Of a DNA stretch of 53,862 nt, positions 12,801 to 23,454 are shown piece after piece (the stretch's first letter is position 1; every line of letters starts with the position of its first letter). Position numbers and translations under genes: made by a program. The DNA is from Asterionella formosa. Its lineage: Eukaryota. The DNA lies in contig NKIB01013672.1 of the NCBI GenBank assembly GCA_002256025.1, forward strand, positions 1 to 53,862, given 5' to 3'. Below the pieces are notes generated by a model, which saw only the letters and a program-made list of their open reading frames with translations, made no database searches and was not told the DNA's origin.

Positions 12801-15800
12801 CTATTTTACAAGGATGCTAACAACATGACGTTTTTTCAATGGCACATTTCGATACCACTTTTCGGGCACTTTGTCAATGGAAAATATTCCTTCCCTGGCG
12901 AGTGCCGCGTTCACTATCTCCGGTGCCCTACGTGTCACCGTGTTCAAAACATCGCTGGACACACATCCATTCTTTGCGCACAATGCAAACGCCTTGGATA
13001 TGATCAATTCGCTGCGCCCTGTTGGAAGACATTTCCAGCAGGCCTTGAGAAAAGAGTCATACGTTATGTGATTTGGTTCGAGATCAGCTTGTTCATGGAT
13101 TGCCTTGAATTGCTCCGCGGCAACTGCGAAATGATTTTTCTTTGCATCTGTCGACGAGGCATAGGCAAGTGCAGTGGCCAGCAAGACCCAATTATACGAG
13201 CCGATGGTCGGGGCCATATTCGCATCATCCTGTTGCATCTTCATCTTTTCTAATAAAATTGTGGCCTCCTGCACACTTTGTGCGTCGCCGCTTCGAGCCC
13301 AAGCAGCCAGAAAAATGTGGACGGTGGACCTATCCACTTGAAAGCTGACTTTTCCGGTCCTTACTAGTGTTTCCATGTGCTCGAAGAGTGCTTTGGCCTT
13401 TTCTTTGCTGCCCTTGGCTTTGCTGTACATGTATGCAGTCAAGGCTTGTTCATAAAAGCTTCGGGCCAATGGCGGCGACTTGCCACTTTGTGCCATTGTT
13501 TCAGCATCGGTTATCAACTTCTGAAGTAAGTCCATAGAAGCCTCCGTCCCATCATTTAGGCACATACGGCAAAGAATGGAATATATCATAATTGTAGGAG
13601 GTATTTTCAATTGCCGCATCTGGTCTAACAAGGCAAACCCCTTTTCTACTAATGGGCCGGGTTGGACTCCCACTTTGGCCAGCAAGTTGAACATTGTATT
13701 GAAAATGATTCCATCGGGCTTGAGGGAATCGTCCCCTTCTTTGTATCGCTGCAAAACTTCGTTAAATAAGGTTTCAGCTCGCATCACGGCATTGCGTCGA
13801 TCCACATCGTTGATGAGGCCCTCGAGCAGTGACGAGTAGGTGTTGATGCTGGGTTTCATGTGCAGATCCCCTGTAAGTGTCGCGGCTTTCATTTGCATCA
13901 ACAACTTGTCGGCTTTCTCGATGGATCCCTTCTTGGCATGGACATTGATAACACAGTTGAATTCAATAGTTCCTGGTTGAAGATAGAACAAATCATCTCC
14001 CTCATTGCTTAGTTCGATGACATGTTGAAGTAAGCACTCCGCTCGATAACCAGCATCGTCAGCCGGATTCTTTGCAAATTCTCTCAAAATACTCGTTGTC
14101 GTCCTTGTATTGATATCGAAGGTATCTTCACCATTGCGACGAAGCTGGCACATCTGAGAAAATAAATCATTAGCCATTTGGATCATGCCATTTTCACCGG
14201 ACTTGACTACAGATAATAAGGTGGGATATAGTACTCGATTGTTGGCTTTCGGAAATTGCCTTGGGTTTAGGTAATGCTGCTCCTCAACTTCTTGTAACAA
14301 TCTCAATGCTCGACTGCCGCAATTGACATGACCAGATGCAGCCCATGCGTCGAGAGCCATCGCATAGGTTTCGAATATCGGGGCAAAATCTTGCGCCACA
14401 GGAGTTCCTTTAAAATCATTCATCATGACTTCCATTAAAGATTCGACTTTTTCACCCGCATTTGACCTCTTGCTTTCCTTCCAGCCAGTTATGACAGCAT
14501 TGAATATCCAACGATCAACGCGGTATAATTCATTTCCCTTAACATTGCCTTCTCTGTACATAGCTCCTATTCTCCGGACCAAATCATCTGCAAAATTCAT
14601 CTTGTTCTCAGCCTCGGAACGCAGCCACGAATTAATGCAAGCTGCTAATGTCACTAGACTGACCATCTTCTTCTCTTTTACTTTCCTATTACAAGCAAGC
14701 TCGGACAACAACCGATGGGCTTGTTGAGGTTGATCTCTGCTAGCGTATGCCAGAATAACAGTTTGATAGGCAATGCGATCAGGCGAAGTCATACGCCTTA
14801 GAAGCGCTTCCGCTTCTTCTGCTCCCTTTTGATTTGCTTCGTTTACTCGAACCTGCATGGCTGCACTGTAGACATGAGCAGAATTCGATAAACTTGGGTC
14901 TTGTTCAAAATCTTCAATCAACTGATCTGTCCGTCGCAACGCTACCAGGACATCGTCCGGATCTACTATTCGGGAGTACGCTGTCAGTACTGACGCGTAA
15001 ACGTATTCATTGGGACGGTATGCAAAGTCTCCAGTTTTTTTGTAAATTGTCTTCAACTCTTGTAAGAGGGCATCTGCACGTTTCGCACCCTCCAGTCCCC
15101 TTCCAGCTTTGGCCCATGCATCCACGACGGCACTGTAGTCGCGAGCAGATGGCTTCATATTGAGTTCTTTCCCAGAGTCATGATACATTTGTATTCGCTC
15201 CTGCAGTAAAGCTTCCACTCTTTCCATGTCGTTACTTCGTGACACACATTTCATGACAGATGCGTAGGTGTACGCATTTGGTCGAGCATTTTCATTCGGC
15301 AGCTTCTTCATTTCCTCCAACATGTTCAAAGCTTCTTGTTTAATCTCATCATTCGATTTTGAGTTGCTCTTGTACAATGCTTCCAAATATGTAGTATACG
15401 TGAAAACGTCGGGACCGCTCTCTGAATTCTGGCTCTCACTTGCTTTCATTCGCTCCAACCATTCATTGGCCTTAACCCAGTTGTCCGCCCTCGCCCAGGC
15501 TTTGACGACGGCAGATAGCAGCACACGATTCGTTTTGATTTGCAAAGTTGGTTTTGACGATAATCTCTCCACCAATTCTTCCGCCCTCTTTGCACCCTCT
15601 TCGCCCATGTCAGCGTTCGAGTATGCGTTTGCCACAATGGCGTAACAACTCGAATCCGGTTCTACAGCTAGACCCCAATAGCTCGGACTGCAATTTTGAG
15701 AATTCAAATACCATCGATCTTCCATTGCTAGAAGTTCGGCATCCATACTCAAGGCCCTCTCTCGCTTGTCTTTAATTTTTTCCAGAGTTTGAAGGTGTGC

Positions 15801-16154
15801 GCGGAATTTGCTTCGATCTGGAGAAGGCGGTCTCCGTGGTGGCGATGATATGTAGTCCTGATCTTCATCTACTCCGATGAAAAGGCGGGATTGCAGAGGC
15901 ATTTTGGTGGTTCGTATTATTGCTCCCGTCAGTTCAGGCGATTTCCGGAAGTGGTGAAGTAGTAGTCGCTTATTGTGCCCCAATAGTGACTGAAATGATT
16001 CTGTTTGGTGAAGGTTCACCAAGACGACCACCATGATTGCTTTCAAGCTGAATCGACAATACCCTTGGAGCACTTGACGCCTGGACGACGGGCATTTCTG
16101 GAAGGACGTCATGGTCATGGTCGTGTTGTGTCTGAGGTTTGTTTGGCTATACAT
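12801..16154 (-). CDS. Large P-class pentatricopeptide repeat (PPR) protein, probably plastid-targeted
   Basis: 1117-aa ORF with many ~35-40 aa repeats (PDxxxYxxVxxAY/W...A..LL..M). Hydrophobic N-terminal segment followed by TES-F. Confidence 0.92.
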   Translation of the reverse strand: MYSQTNLRHNTTMTMTSFQKCPSSRRQVLQGYCRFSLKAIMVVVLVNLHQTESFQSLLGHNKRLLLHHFRKSPELTGAIIRTTKMPLQSRLFIGVDEDQDYISSPPRRPPSPDRSKFRAHLQTLEKIKDKRERALSMDAELLAMEDRWYLNSQNCSPSYWGLAVEPDSSCYAIVANAYSNADMGEEGAKRAEELVERLSSKPTLQIKTNRVLLSAVVKAWARADNWVKANEWLERMKASESQNSESGPDVFTYTTYLEALYKSNSKSNDEIKQEALNMLEEMKKLPNENARPNAYTYASVMKCVSRSNDMERVEALLQERIQMYHDSGKELNMKPSARDYSAVVDAWAKAGRGLEGAKRADALLQELKTIYKKTGDFAYRPNEYVYASVLTAYSRIVDPDDVLVALRRTDQLIEDFEQDPSLSNSAHVYSAAMQVRVNEANQKGAEEAEALLRRMTSPDRIAYQTVILAYASRDQPQQAHRLLSELACNRKVKEKKMVSLVTLAACINSWLRSEAENKMNFADDLVRRIGAMYREGNVKGNELYRVDRWIFNAVITGWKESKRSNAGEKVESLMEVMMNDFKGTPVAQDFAPIFETYAMALDAWAASGHVNCGSRALRLLQEVEEQHYLNPRQFPKANNRVLYPTLLSVVKSGENGMIQMANDLFSQMCQLRRNGEDTFDINTRTTTSILREFAKNPADDAGYRAECLLQHVIELSNEGDDLFYLQPGTIEFNCVINVHAKKGSIEKADKLLMQMKAATLTGDLHMKPSINTYSSLLEGLINDVDRRNAVMRAETLFNEVLQRYKEGDDSLKPDGIIFNTMFNLLAKVGVQPGPLVEKGFALLDQMRQLKIPPTIMIYSILCRMCLNDGTEASMDLLQKLITDAETMAQSGKSPPLARSFYEQALTAYMYSKAKGSKEKAKALFEHMETLVRTGKVSFQVDRSTVHIFLAAWARSGDAQSVQEATILLEKMKMQQDDANMAPTIGSYNWVLLATALAYASSTDAKKNHFAVAAEQFKAIHEQADLEPNHITYDSFLKACWKCLPTGRSELIISKAFALCAKNGCVSSDVLNTVTRRAPEIVNAALAREGIFSIDKVPEKWYRNVPLKKRHVVSILVK

Positions 16155-16390
16155 ATACCGAACGACGATAGGTAACGACTGATTGGAATTGTGATGTGTT
16201 GATAAATATTTCTCTGAGCTGACTGTGGTCGTATAATTTTATCCATCAATTTCATTGGTGATTAATGTCATACATATATAGCGGCATATTAACAAGGGGT
16301 CTGGGGAGCGAGGAAGGAAAGTCAAAATGGGTCATGACGATGGCAAGAACGACACAGCCCACCAGCCGCGTGGACCTCATCCTGACAAGT

Positions 16391-16518
16391 GGTACCTGGT
16401 ACCTGGTACCGGTCAGGTAGCTGGTACGGAGTACCGGTATGTGGTACCTGGTACCAGGTTCCATCAGGTAGTACCGGTACCGGTATTTCCATTTAGACAT
16501 TCCTCAGACAACCGGTAC
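16391..16518. repeat. GGTACC(A/T)/ACCGGT palindromic heptamer cluster
   Basis: ggtacctggtacctggtaccggt... between the divergent PPR and JmjC genes. Confidence 0.85.
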
Positions 16519-16677
16519 ATCTAGTCGTCGGACACCTGTCGACATCAACAGCCTAACAGACACATTCTGACAGGAGTACCCATCACCAGCATTCAAGTGC
16601 AATCGTTTTGGGATAATTCCGGTATGTACCATTTGTCTCATGATGGGAACAATAGGACCACCGTGTCGACAAGTAAG

Positions 16678-17739
16678 ATGACAAGAACACTGAAGACATG
16701 GACAGGATATTTGATCCATGTTGCAACTTGTGCACTGCTGATGCTAAATTGTTTAGCAAGTGCCTTTTGTATTGATAGATTGTCACCGCATCAATTCAGA
16801 GGAACGGCTCCACACCCAGAACCAGTTGTTGTTGAAGACATTATAGACTTGAAACCCTGCGATGAGTGGCTTAGTCACATTCTGACTCGCTCTGGTCATG
16901 AAATGGTCAACTTACAACGGGAGTTTGGAGTACAGCAAAAGACACTGGACAAAGCCATTGAAATGGCAATGACCAATTCCCGACACTCCGATGGGATCTT
17001 CATTACCTCCAAGACGGACAACGGATCATCCTGCTCAACAGATCAGCTGGCACTTTATGATGTTCAAGAGGACTTATTCGCAGACATTGACTGGCTACCA
17101 TACTTTGCCTACTACACTACTGTCTCCAATGCTTTGATTGTTTCTGGCAATGGCGGAACGTCTGAGTTAGAATGCTACCCATGGACGACAACAAAAACAT
17201 GTCTCAATGGATACCAAATATGGCAGTTGATACCTCCGGATTATGGACCATTGCTCCAACCACAACCTACTACTACCACAGTATGATGGGGTGAACACAC
17301 TCTATCCATGGGCCAAAGGTCAACATGGAATCTATTTGAATTCCGACATTCGGATGTTCAAGATGACTGGTCGGAATGGTTGGATGAAGAAAAGTGGTAT
17401 GAGATGCAAGAAGTGGCAGAGCTTTCCGACAGAATGAAACCCAATGTGGACGTGGAGGGACTGTATTATAGTACTGTCCTTACAGCTGGGGATTGTTTAG
17501 TTATTCCACCAGGGTGGTGGCATCAAAGTTATGGGTTGGAGCCCTCCATGTCAATTTCATCATTAAGATGTGGAACAACTCAAGATGTGCCAATGGCAAT
17601 TCAGAAAGTTTTGAGCGGAATAGAGGGGCAGGGTAAACCAGCACTGTTGGAACGAGAGGAATTTGATGACAATGAAGATGCAGCAGTTAAGGTGATCAAA
17701 GCTCTATTCGATTTTCTGGACAAGATGAACACATTATAG
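16678..17739 (+). pseudogene. JmjC/cupin-8-like protein with ASA-F plastid presequence, interrupted by an in-frame TGA at 17284-17286
   Basis: ORFs 16597..17286 and 17308..17739 are in the same frame. Motifs ALIVSGNGGTS, IWQLIPP and VLTAGDCLVIPPGWWHQSY; signal LLMLNCLASA-F. Confidence 0.75.
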
Positions 17740-17899
17740 CGAGAAATAATTGCAGCATAGAGCTTGGTGCTGAATAATAGTGATCAAATGCATTGAACAA
17801 GAACTGCCTACTAACCTGCACTAGCAAGGTAAGCAAATGGAGCTGATGTATGACGCAAACCTGTTTGTTACCGTGATTTCTTGAGCAAAAGGTTTGATT

Positions 17900-20500
17900 G
17901 TATGAATGTTTTGCTTTATGTATACCTGGGGTGGTAAGCTATGCTGGCTATACCAGTTGTGGATATGTACCATAAAGCTATCTCAGGTGAAAGAAAGAAT
18001 TCCTAAAACAGCAAAATAAAATAAGGGTCATTCTTATCATCCTGTTATTGGTCATCATTGGTATATTATTGCTGGGTTTGGGTGCAAAAATGACAGTTAA
18101 TATCATTTTTCTTGTATCACCAACCAAAAATAGACTGTACCACTGATACCCTTTTTGAACCTCCTGACCATTGATGACTCTGTATCACATACGGTGTCAC
18201 CAATGAAATAACTATAAACATGCCAGCATCACACTAAATTGTGCTAACATTGGTGTTAACATTCCAAGAAAGTACTGGCAGTGCCAAATTGTCCTGCTTA
18301 TCCTCAAGGAACTTTGGCAGAAAGAAAATCAAATATTCAGTTTCTTCATTCAAGCATTCTTCTACAATGCAAATGGCAATTCCCTTACATTTTGTTTTGA
18401 AAGCGTCAATGCAGCTAAAACTAAAGTGCTGGACTCTTCAGCTGCACCCAGATGCAAAAAGAGATCCTTGATGTTTTGGTTACACTTAAAAGTCGTCTCA
18501 AGGTCTCTCATGTGGAATTGGAAGAGTTGGAAGATTGTGGATACAACTCTGTAAAAAGTACAGGCTTGGCTAGAAATTAAGATATGCAAAAGAAAGCGGG
18601 ATCACTATTTCCATCTGCTATCAGAAGGTCGTGGAACATAAGAATAGAACCAAAAGTTCAATACTATAGTTGTTAGTCTACATATAATACTTTTCCTTTT
18701 ATCTCAATGTTGGCAGGAGGTTGTTGCTATCCCAGTGTTCGAATTCTAATGAAGATCACATCTTGCTGAACAGCAGAGCTCCCAGGCAGCCAGTATATTC
18801 AATGTATCCACAATTGGTACGGAGACCCAGCCAAGATGGGGCAAAGCGACTGGGATTATCTCTGTAAGCAATCGATTATCACTTTTCCAGCCCTGGCTGG
18901 GATTGCCGAAATCGGCAAGGGGTCTACTGAAGGAAACCATTTTATATACTCTACAGATTTGGTTATAATAACCATTTTCCTCATTTTTGTTTGCTGCCTG
19001 AAAAGCGATTTCGGCAATTCACCTTTCACCATGCCAATCATCTTCCATCATGCTCAGCCTGAAGCGAAATGAGTTCATTGATGATGCCAGTAGCGATTCG
19101 TTGTCAAATGGATGCGGTTGGTTGTTGGATTGCTGCTTGTCTTCTTGTGAGATTGATGTAGTTGCATTGTCCATATTTCTTCAGATGAATGATGATTCCG
19201 ATGTATCTCTGATGTTGGCGGCAAGTTTTTGCTCCGGTCATTTATGTGCTTAACAGATATTCTCATCATATAGCCTATATATGTGCATGGTACTCAAAAC
19301 AACCATACATGGTTTAAGCTAAACTTTAACTTGTACTTTGAACATGTTATAATATTAATGCTGTAGACTCAGTATTATCTTTACAAGACCAGAATTTTAA
19401 ATTATATCATTTTCATATTTATGGATTTTATGTATTTCCGATTTCATCCTCACAATTATACTTCTCGATCTATCCTCGTGCCTGCCGATGCTAAATTTGG
19501 GTTTACAACATGGACCTTTTGACTTTTGTCTGATACCATTGTCTGCTGCATGTTATGCTAGTTAGAGTGGATTGGTGAGTATAACAGTGAAACACTGACT
19601 GTGGAATGTAGATACTTATTGTTCAATTTGCGATTTGATTGCTTCCATTGTCCGTTTTGATCGCTTCTACCTTTGTTTGTCGTCCTGTACTGTTGTTTTT
19701 GTTTGATAATATCTATCTACAAAAGGGCCGATGTATGTATCAATGCTTACTCTTTGATTTGTATAGTCATTGACCATGATGTCAATATTGCCGCCAAGCA
19801 ATGCTTTTCTTGTACTAACTCGCTTTGCTACCTTTCTACTCAGAGTTTGTATCACATACTATGTATCAATATTCAGCTAGAGGGAGTCGATAGTAATTGA
19901 GCAGACTGGTGATCACACTTGCTCAGAATGGAATGATCAGGGTTGTTTGGTGGGAGGAATGACTGTGGGCGGAAGCACTCCTGCTACGTGTGTCAGGCTA
20001 CAGCTATGTGCATGGTTGGTGCAGCAACCAGATCATCTACACTACATCAGTTGGATTCAGCTTTTTGTTCTTTTCTGTATTATTTTGCTCTTCGATTGTG
20101 TGATGGAAAATCAATGTTGCATGTGTAAGTACATACTACTACAATGCATACATCTCCACTGAAACTCATATTTTGTACTTCATTTCTAACCCAAAACAAT
20201 ATTTTCTATTTCTCATTTGATGCCACTTATTACATTGCATATCATACATTGGTTGCTCCAAACATCATTTTCAATTTTCATTGATATTGTAGTTTACAAT
20301 CATTCTCGTGTGTTCAATGCTAGTTTTACCATTTCTATGTATATTACCGTTATTCTGGTTGTCATGCTAAAATCGGCAATTTTATGCCAAAAATTCGTTG
20401 TGCCCCATATTGCCCCTAAATAAAAATTACTTACAGGTTAATAATTACTTTAAAATTACCCAAGTGGCAAGACGACAGCTGGAGAGGGAATTTCTACATG
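17900..20500. mobile_element. Unclassified degenerate TE-like relic
   Basis: AT-rich and CpG-poor, with only broken ORFs (e.g. minus-strand LLGGNIDIMVNDYT...IDTYIG). No termini identified. Confidence 0.35.
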
Positions 20501-20509
20501 GTAGGAGTA

Positions 20510-20610
20510 TCTGGTACTCGGAGTACAAGAAACTGTACTCAGACCACATATCCTGAACCACCAAGTACCAGGTACCGTACCTAGGCAATACCTGGTACTC
20601 CTACCTGGTT
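20510..20610. repeat. GGTACC(A/T) cluster
   Basis: gtaccaggtaccgtacctagg...cctggtact at the TE relic / PPR-TrmO promoter border. Confidence 0.75.
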
Positions 20611-20799
20611 CTCTGTGCCTATCAGTATCATCATAAAAAGAAGAAATGTCAGGCCTCCGCCGAGCGAGCCATGATATTTTAGTTGAAGAGTTTACAAATC
20701 ATCCACCCATCAAAAGAGGACGAAACGATGAGCGAAAACAAAAATCCATGAATATATTTATTGATAGTTACAGTATTCCTTCCATTCATTGCCTCCACC

Positions 20800-23454
20800 A
20801 TGACACGGCAGTTGAGATTGTCCGAACGAAGCTTCTCCATGTCGTCATTACGTTCGAGCATGTTCATCGTCCTTTCATTCACAATCATGATCCATTTAGG
20901 AAGTGCGTTTCGGGCGCCACCACATGGTAGAAAAGTCAATTACAACATTGTAACAACAACTGCTGGTCCATCGAGACAATCACCGAGACTAAAGCACACA
21001 AAATTGTATCGACAACAAGATTCTTCTAAGGATACTCCAACAAAGATAGCACAGCAAGAAGCTCTCTCGCTCTCAAAATTCTGTAACTACCTCGAATCAC
21101 TCCAGAATACCAGAGATAAACGAGAAAGCGCGTTGAAGATGGATTCAGAACTTGCTATTATGGAAGATAGATGGAAATTGAGCATTGGCAACGATCGTCG
21201 GTATACGGGATGGTACTTGAAGGATGATGAGGATGTTGGCCGCACGTATAAGGGACTAGCATTCAAGCCTGACGTCACCTGTTATACCATTGTGGCAAAC
21301 GCCTACGCGAATGCCGGAATGGGCGAAGAAGGAGCAAAACTAGTAGAAAACCTGGTGGAGAGATTCACTTCCAATTCACGAACACAACAGAACAGCAAAG
21401 AGCTCCTTTCTGCTGTCGTGAAGGCTTGGGCGGTCGCTGAGAATTGGACCAAAGCAAATGAATGGTTAGATCGAATGACAAAGAATGGGAGTTTACAAGC
21501 GCCCGACATGGTTACCTACACTATGTATCTAGGCGCGTTGTCCCAGAGTAAGTCAACAAATGAAATCGACCTACAAAGGGAGACTCTGGCAGTTTTGGAT
21601 AGGATGAAAAAACTGACTGTTATTCAAAATTGGGCGGCTCGCCGGTGGCGCGCCAAACTGTCGCAACGGCTTTCAAGCAGGACGGTTGATGATGTTAGTG
21701 TTCATTCAACCGCGATGGCGCGCGCAGTTCTCCCTTCAGCAATCCTCCGTGGTGCGTTCATAGCCACTACTCTTGCCTGTGTCGTCGACACTATTGTCAT
21801 CAGGAGAGGACAGTTAAGCTACAACAACTTGTTCGTGAAGGGAATGTCGACGAAGCTTCCCCCTGCTGCGGCATTGTCTGTTGCTGCTTTTGCAGTGGCC
21901 TTGGCGGGAATTCTCTTCGTTTCGCGAACATCATCAGGCCCTGCGCCAAGGGGACACGATCAAACAGATGGGACCGAGGGCGTTCGCGAATCCGTTGCTG
22001 GGTCTTCGGACACGCCATCAATCCGAGGGCGAAGAATGACAAGAACTGACGAAGAGTCCATTCAGACGGATGGACTTTTGGTGAAACCCATTGGAGTCGT
22101 GCATTCGATCTATCGCCTGTGCGTCGGAACACCTAGACAAGGATTGCTGGCGCCAAACGCTCATGGAAGAATTGAACTGAAGGGGCTCTCAGCCGACGCT
22201 GTCGATGGCCTTGAATGCTTTAGTCACATTTGGATTGTCTTCATCTTTCATTTGAACACACAAGCCAAGAATTCAAGCCGAATTCCTTCCAAGATTGCTC
22301 CGCCAGCACTCGGTGGACGAAAAATTGGCGTGTTCGCCACGAGATCGCCGCACCGAAACAATCCCATTGGGATGACTCTCTGCAAATTGGACTCCATCAC
22401 GAAACCTAACAAGAGTAGTAACAAGACATTTTTGAACGTTTCCGGATTGGACCTGGTTGATGGTACACCTGTTGTGGATATTAAACCATATGTTCCTCAT
22501 TATGATTCCGTTCCCGCAGACCAATTGACACTGCCATCATGGGTCAGTGGTGGACTGGCTACTCGGAGACCGGTGAATATTGAAGCACAAGCGCTACATG
22601 CCTTGGAAGACATCTTGACGGAAAATCCCAAGGCGCTGCAGTTTTATGGTGGCGACGGTCAATCATTGGATGCCATTGTGGATCAGGTTGCCAATTGCAT
22701 TGCAGAAGTGCTATCGGTGGATGTCAGAAGCGCATGGCAAACAAAAAAGGCGCGAGAGGGAAGGTCTCAAGCAGAACGAGCGGAACGTGTCCAAGGAAGC
22801 TACACTGAGGCTACTGACAATGTCGATGGTTCGGGTGGCACGCAACTGTGTACGCAGCAATTGGACAATTTGTTGATTCATTACACCGTATCACAGCCCG
22901 AAAGCCAGAGTCGGGATGCCTCGGAAGGAAGTGGAGCGGAAGATATTGTTTCAGTGCATTCCATCCAACTACAAGATCAATCCGCTGTGAATTTACAAAT
23001 CGAGACGAGGACGTCAGCTGTTACCGACGAAGTTGAGGCGCAATCAGTGGCGTCCCAATCAGTTTGCGAACTGGATGTCGCTCAATCCAATACTAACGAG
23101 ATTATATCAAACATCGAAGAAGAACGAAAAGCAGCACCGCCATTAGTGCTTTCTCCCCAATTGCTGAAAAAGGCACCGGAAAAGAGCCGTGTTCAAGTTG
23201 TTGCCTCGATAGAAGAGGATATTCCAACAGACGGGGAATATCATGCGCTAAAGAATTATTGGTCAATGGCGGCTAGTAAAAATACTCCAACTGGCCTGAT
23301 TCCCGATAAGGAAAGACGACAATCTTCGAAAAGATCCTTTGTTTTCTCGGATAAACCAGTTGGTTTGCAACAAAACGACGAGCCTCCTACTATTGTGGAG
23401 TCGGCTGAAACCAATCTGTCAACACCGGACCAGCCACCGACAGGCAGCACATAA
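20800..23454 (+). CDS. TRMO: Chimeric ORF: plastid presequence + ~3 PPR motifs fused to a TrmO/TsaA tRNA m6t6A37 methyltransferase (native TrmO start probably 21715 or 21844)
   Basis: The N-terminus aligns by eye with the PPR at 12801-16154 (DKRESALKMDSELAIMEDRW...PDVTCYTIVANAYANAGMGEEGAK). The C-terminal part has KPIG, GTPRQG, GLECFSHIWIVFIFH, GVFATRSPHR and GLDLVDGTPVVDIKPY. No stop codon between them. Confidence 0.85.
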   Translation: MTRQLRLSERSFSMSSLRSSMFIVLSFTIMIHLGSAFRAPPHGRKVNYNIVTTTAGPSRQSPRLKHTKLYRQQDSSKDTPTKIAQQEALSLSKFCNYLESLQNTRDKRESALKMDSELAIMEDRWKLSIGNDRRYTGWYLKDDEDVGRTYKGLAFKPDVTCYTIVANAYANAGMGEEGAKLVENLVERFTSNSRTQQNSKELLSAVVKAWAVAENWTKANEWLDRMTKNGSLQAPDMVTYTMYLGALSQSKSTNEIDLQRETLAVLDRMKKLTVIQNWAARRWRAKLSQRLSSRTVDDVSVHSTAMARAVLPSAILRGAFIATTLACVVDTIVIRRGQLSYNNLFVKGMSTKLPPAAALSVAAFAVALAGILFVSRTSSGPAPRGHDQTDGTEGVRESVAGSSDTPSIRGRRMTRTDEESIQTDGLLVKPIGVVHSIYRLCVGTPRQGLLAPNAHGRIELKGLSADAVDGLECFSHIWIVFIFHLNTQAKNSSRIPSKIAPPALGGRKIGVFATRSPHRNNPIGMTLCKLDSITKPNKSSNKTFLNVSGLDLVDGTPVVDIKPYVPHYDSVPADQLTLPSWVSGGLATRRPVNIEAQALHALEDILTENPKALQFYGGDGQSLDAIVDQVANCIAEVLSVDVRSAWQTKKAREGRSQAERAERVQGSYTEATDNVDGSGGTQLCTQQLDNLLIHYTVSQPESQSRDASEGSGAEDIVSVHSIQLQDQSAVNLQIETRTSAVTDEVEAQSVASQSVCELDVAQSNTNEIISNIEEERKAAPPLVLSPQLLKKAPEKSRVQVVASIEEDIPTDGEYHALKNYWSMAASKNTPTGLIPDKERRQSSKRSFVFSDKPVGLQQNDEPPTIVESAETNLSTPDQPPTGST
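21623..21657. promoter_or_regulatory. Candidate CHR-like (TTCAAA) and E2F-like (GGCGCGCCAAA) motifs in the PPR/TrmO linker
   Basis: TTCAAAATTGGGCGG at 21623 and GGCGCGCCAAA at 21647-21657, in a GC/CpG-rich patch just upstream of the putative native TrmO ATG. Confidence 0.4.

Noticed and set aside
17850..17898. SECIS-like hairpin (ATGA...stem...GA) downstream of the TGA-containing JmjC gene
   Set aside because: The stem CAAACCTGTTTG/CAAAAGGTTTG is out of register with a tandem GA/AG quartet, and there is no apical AA at the expected distance; not a canonical SECIS.
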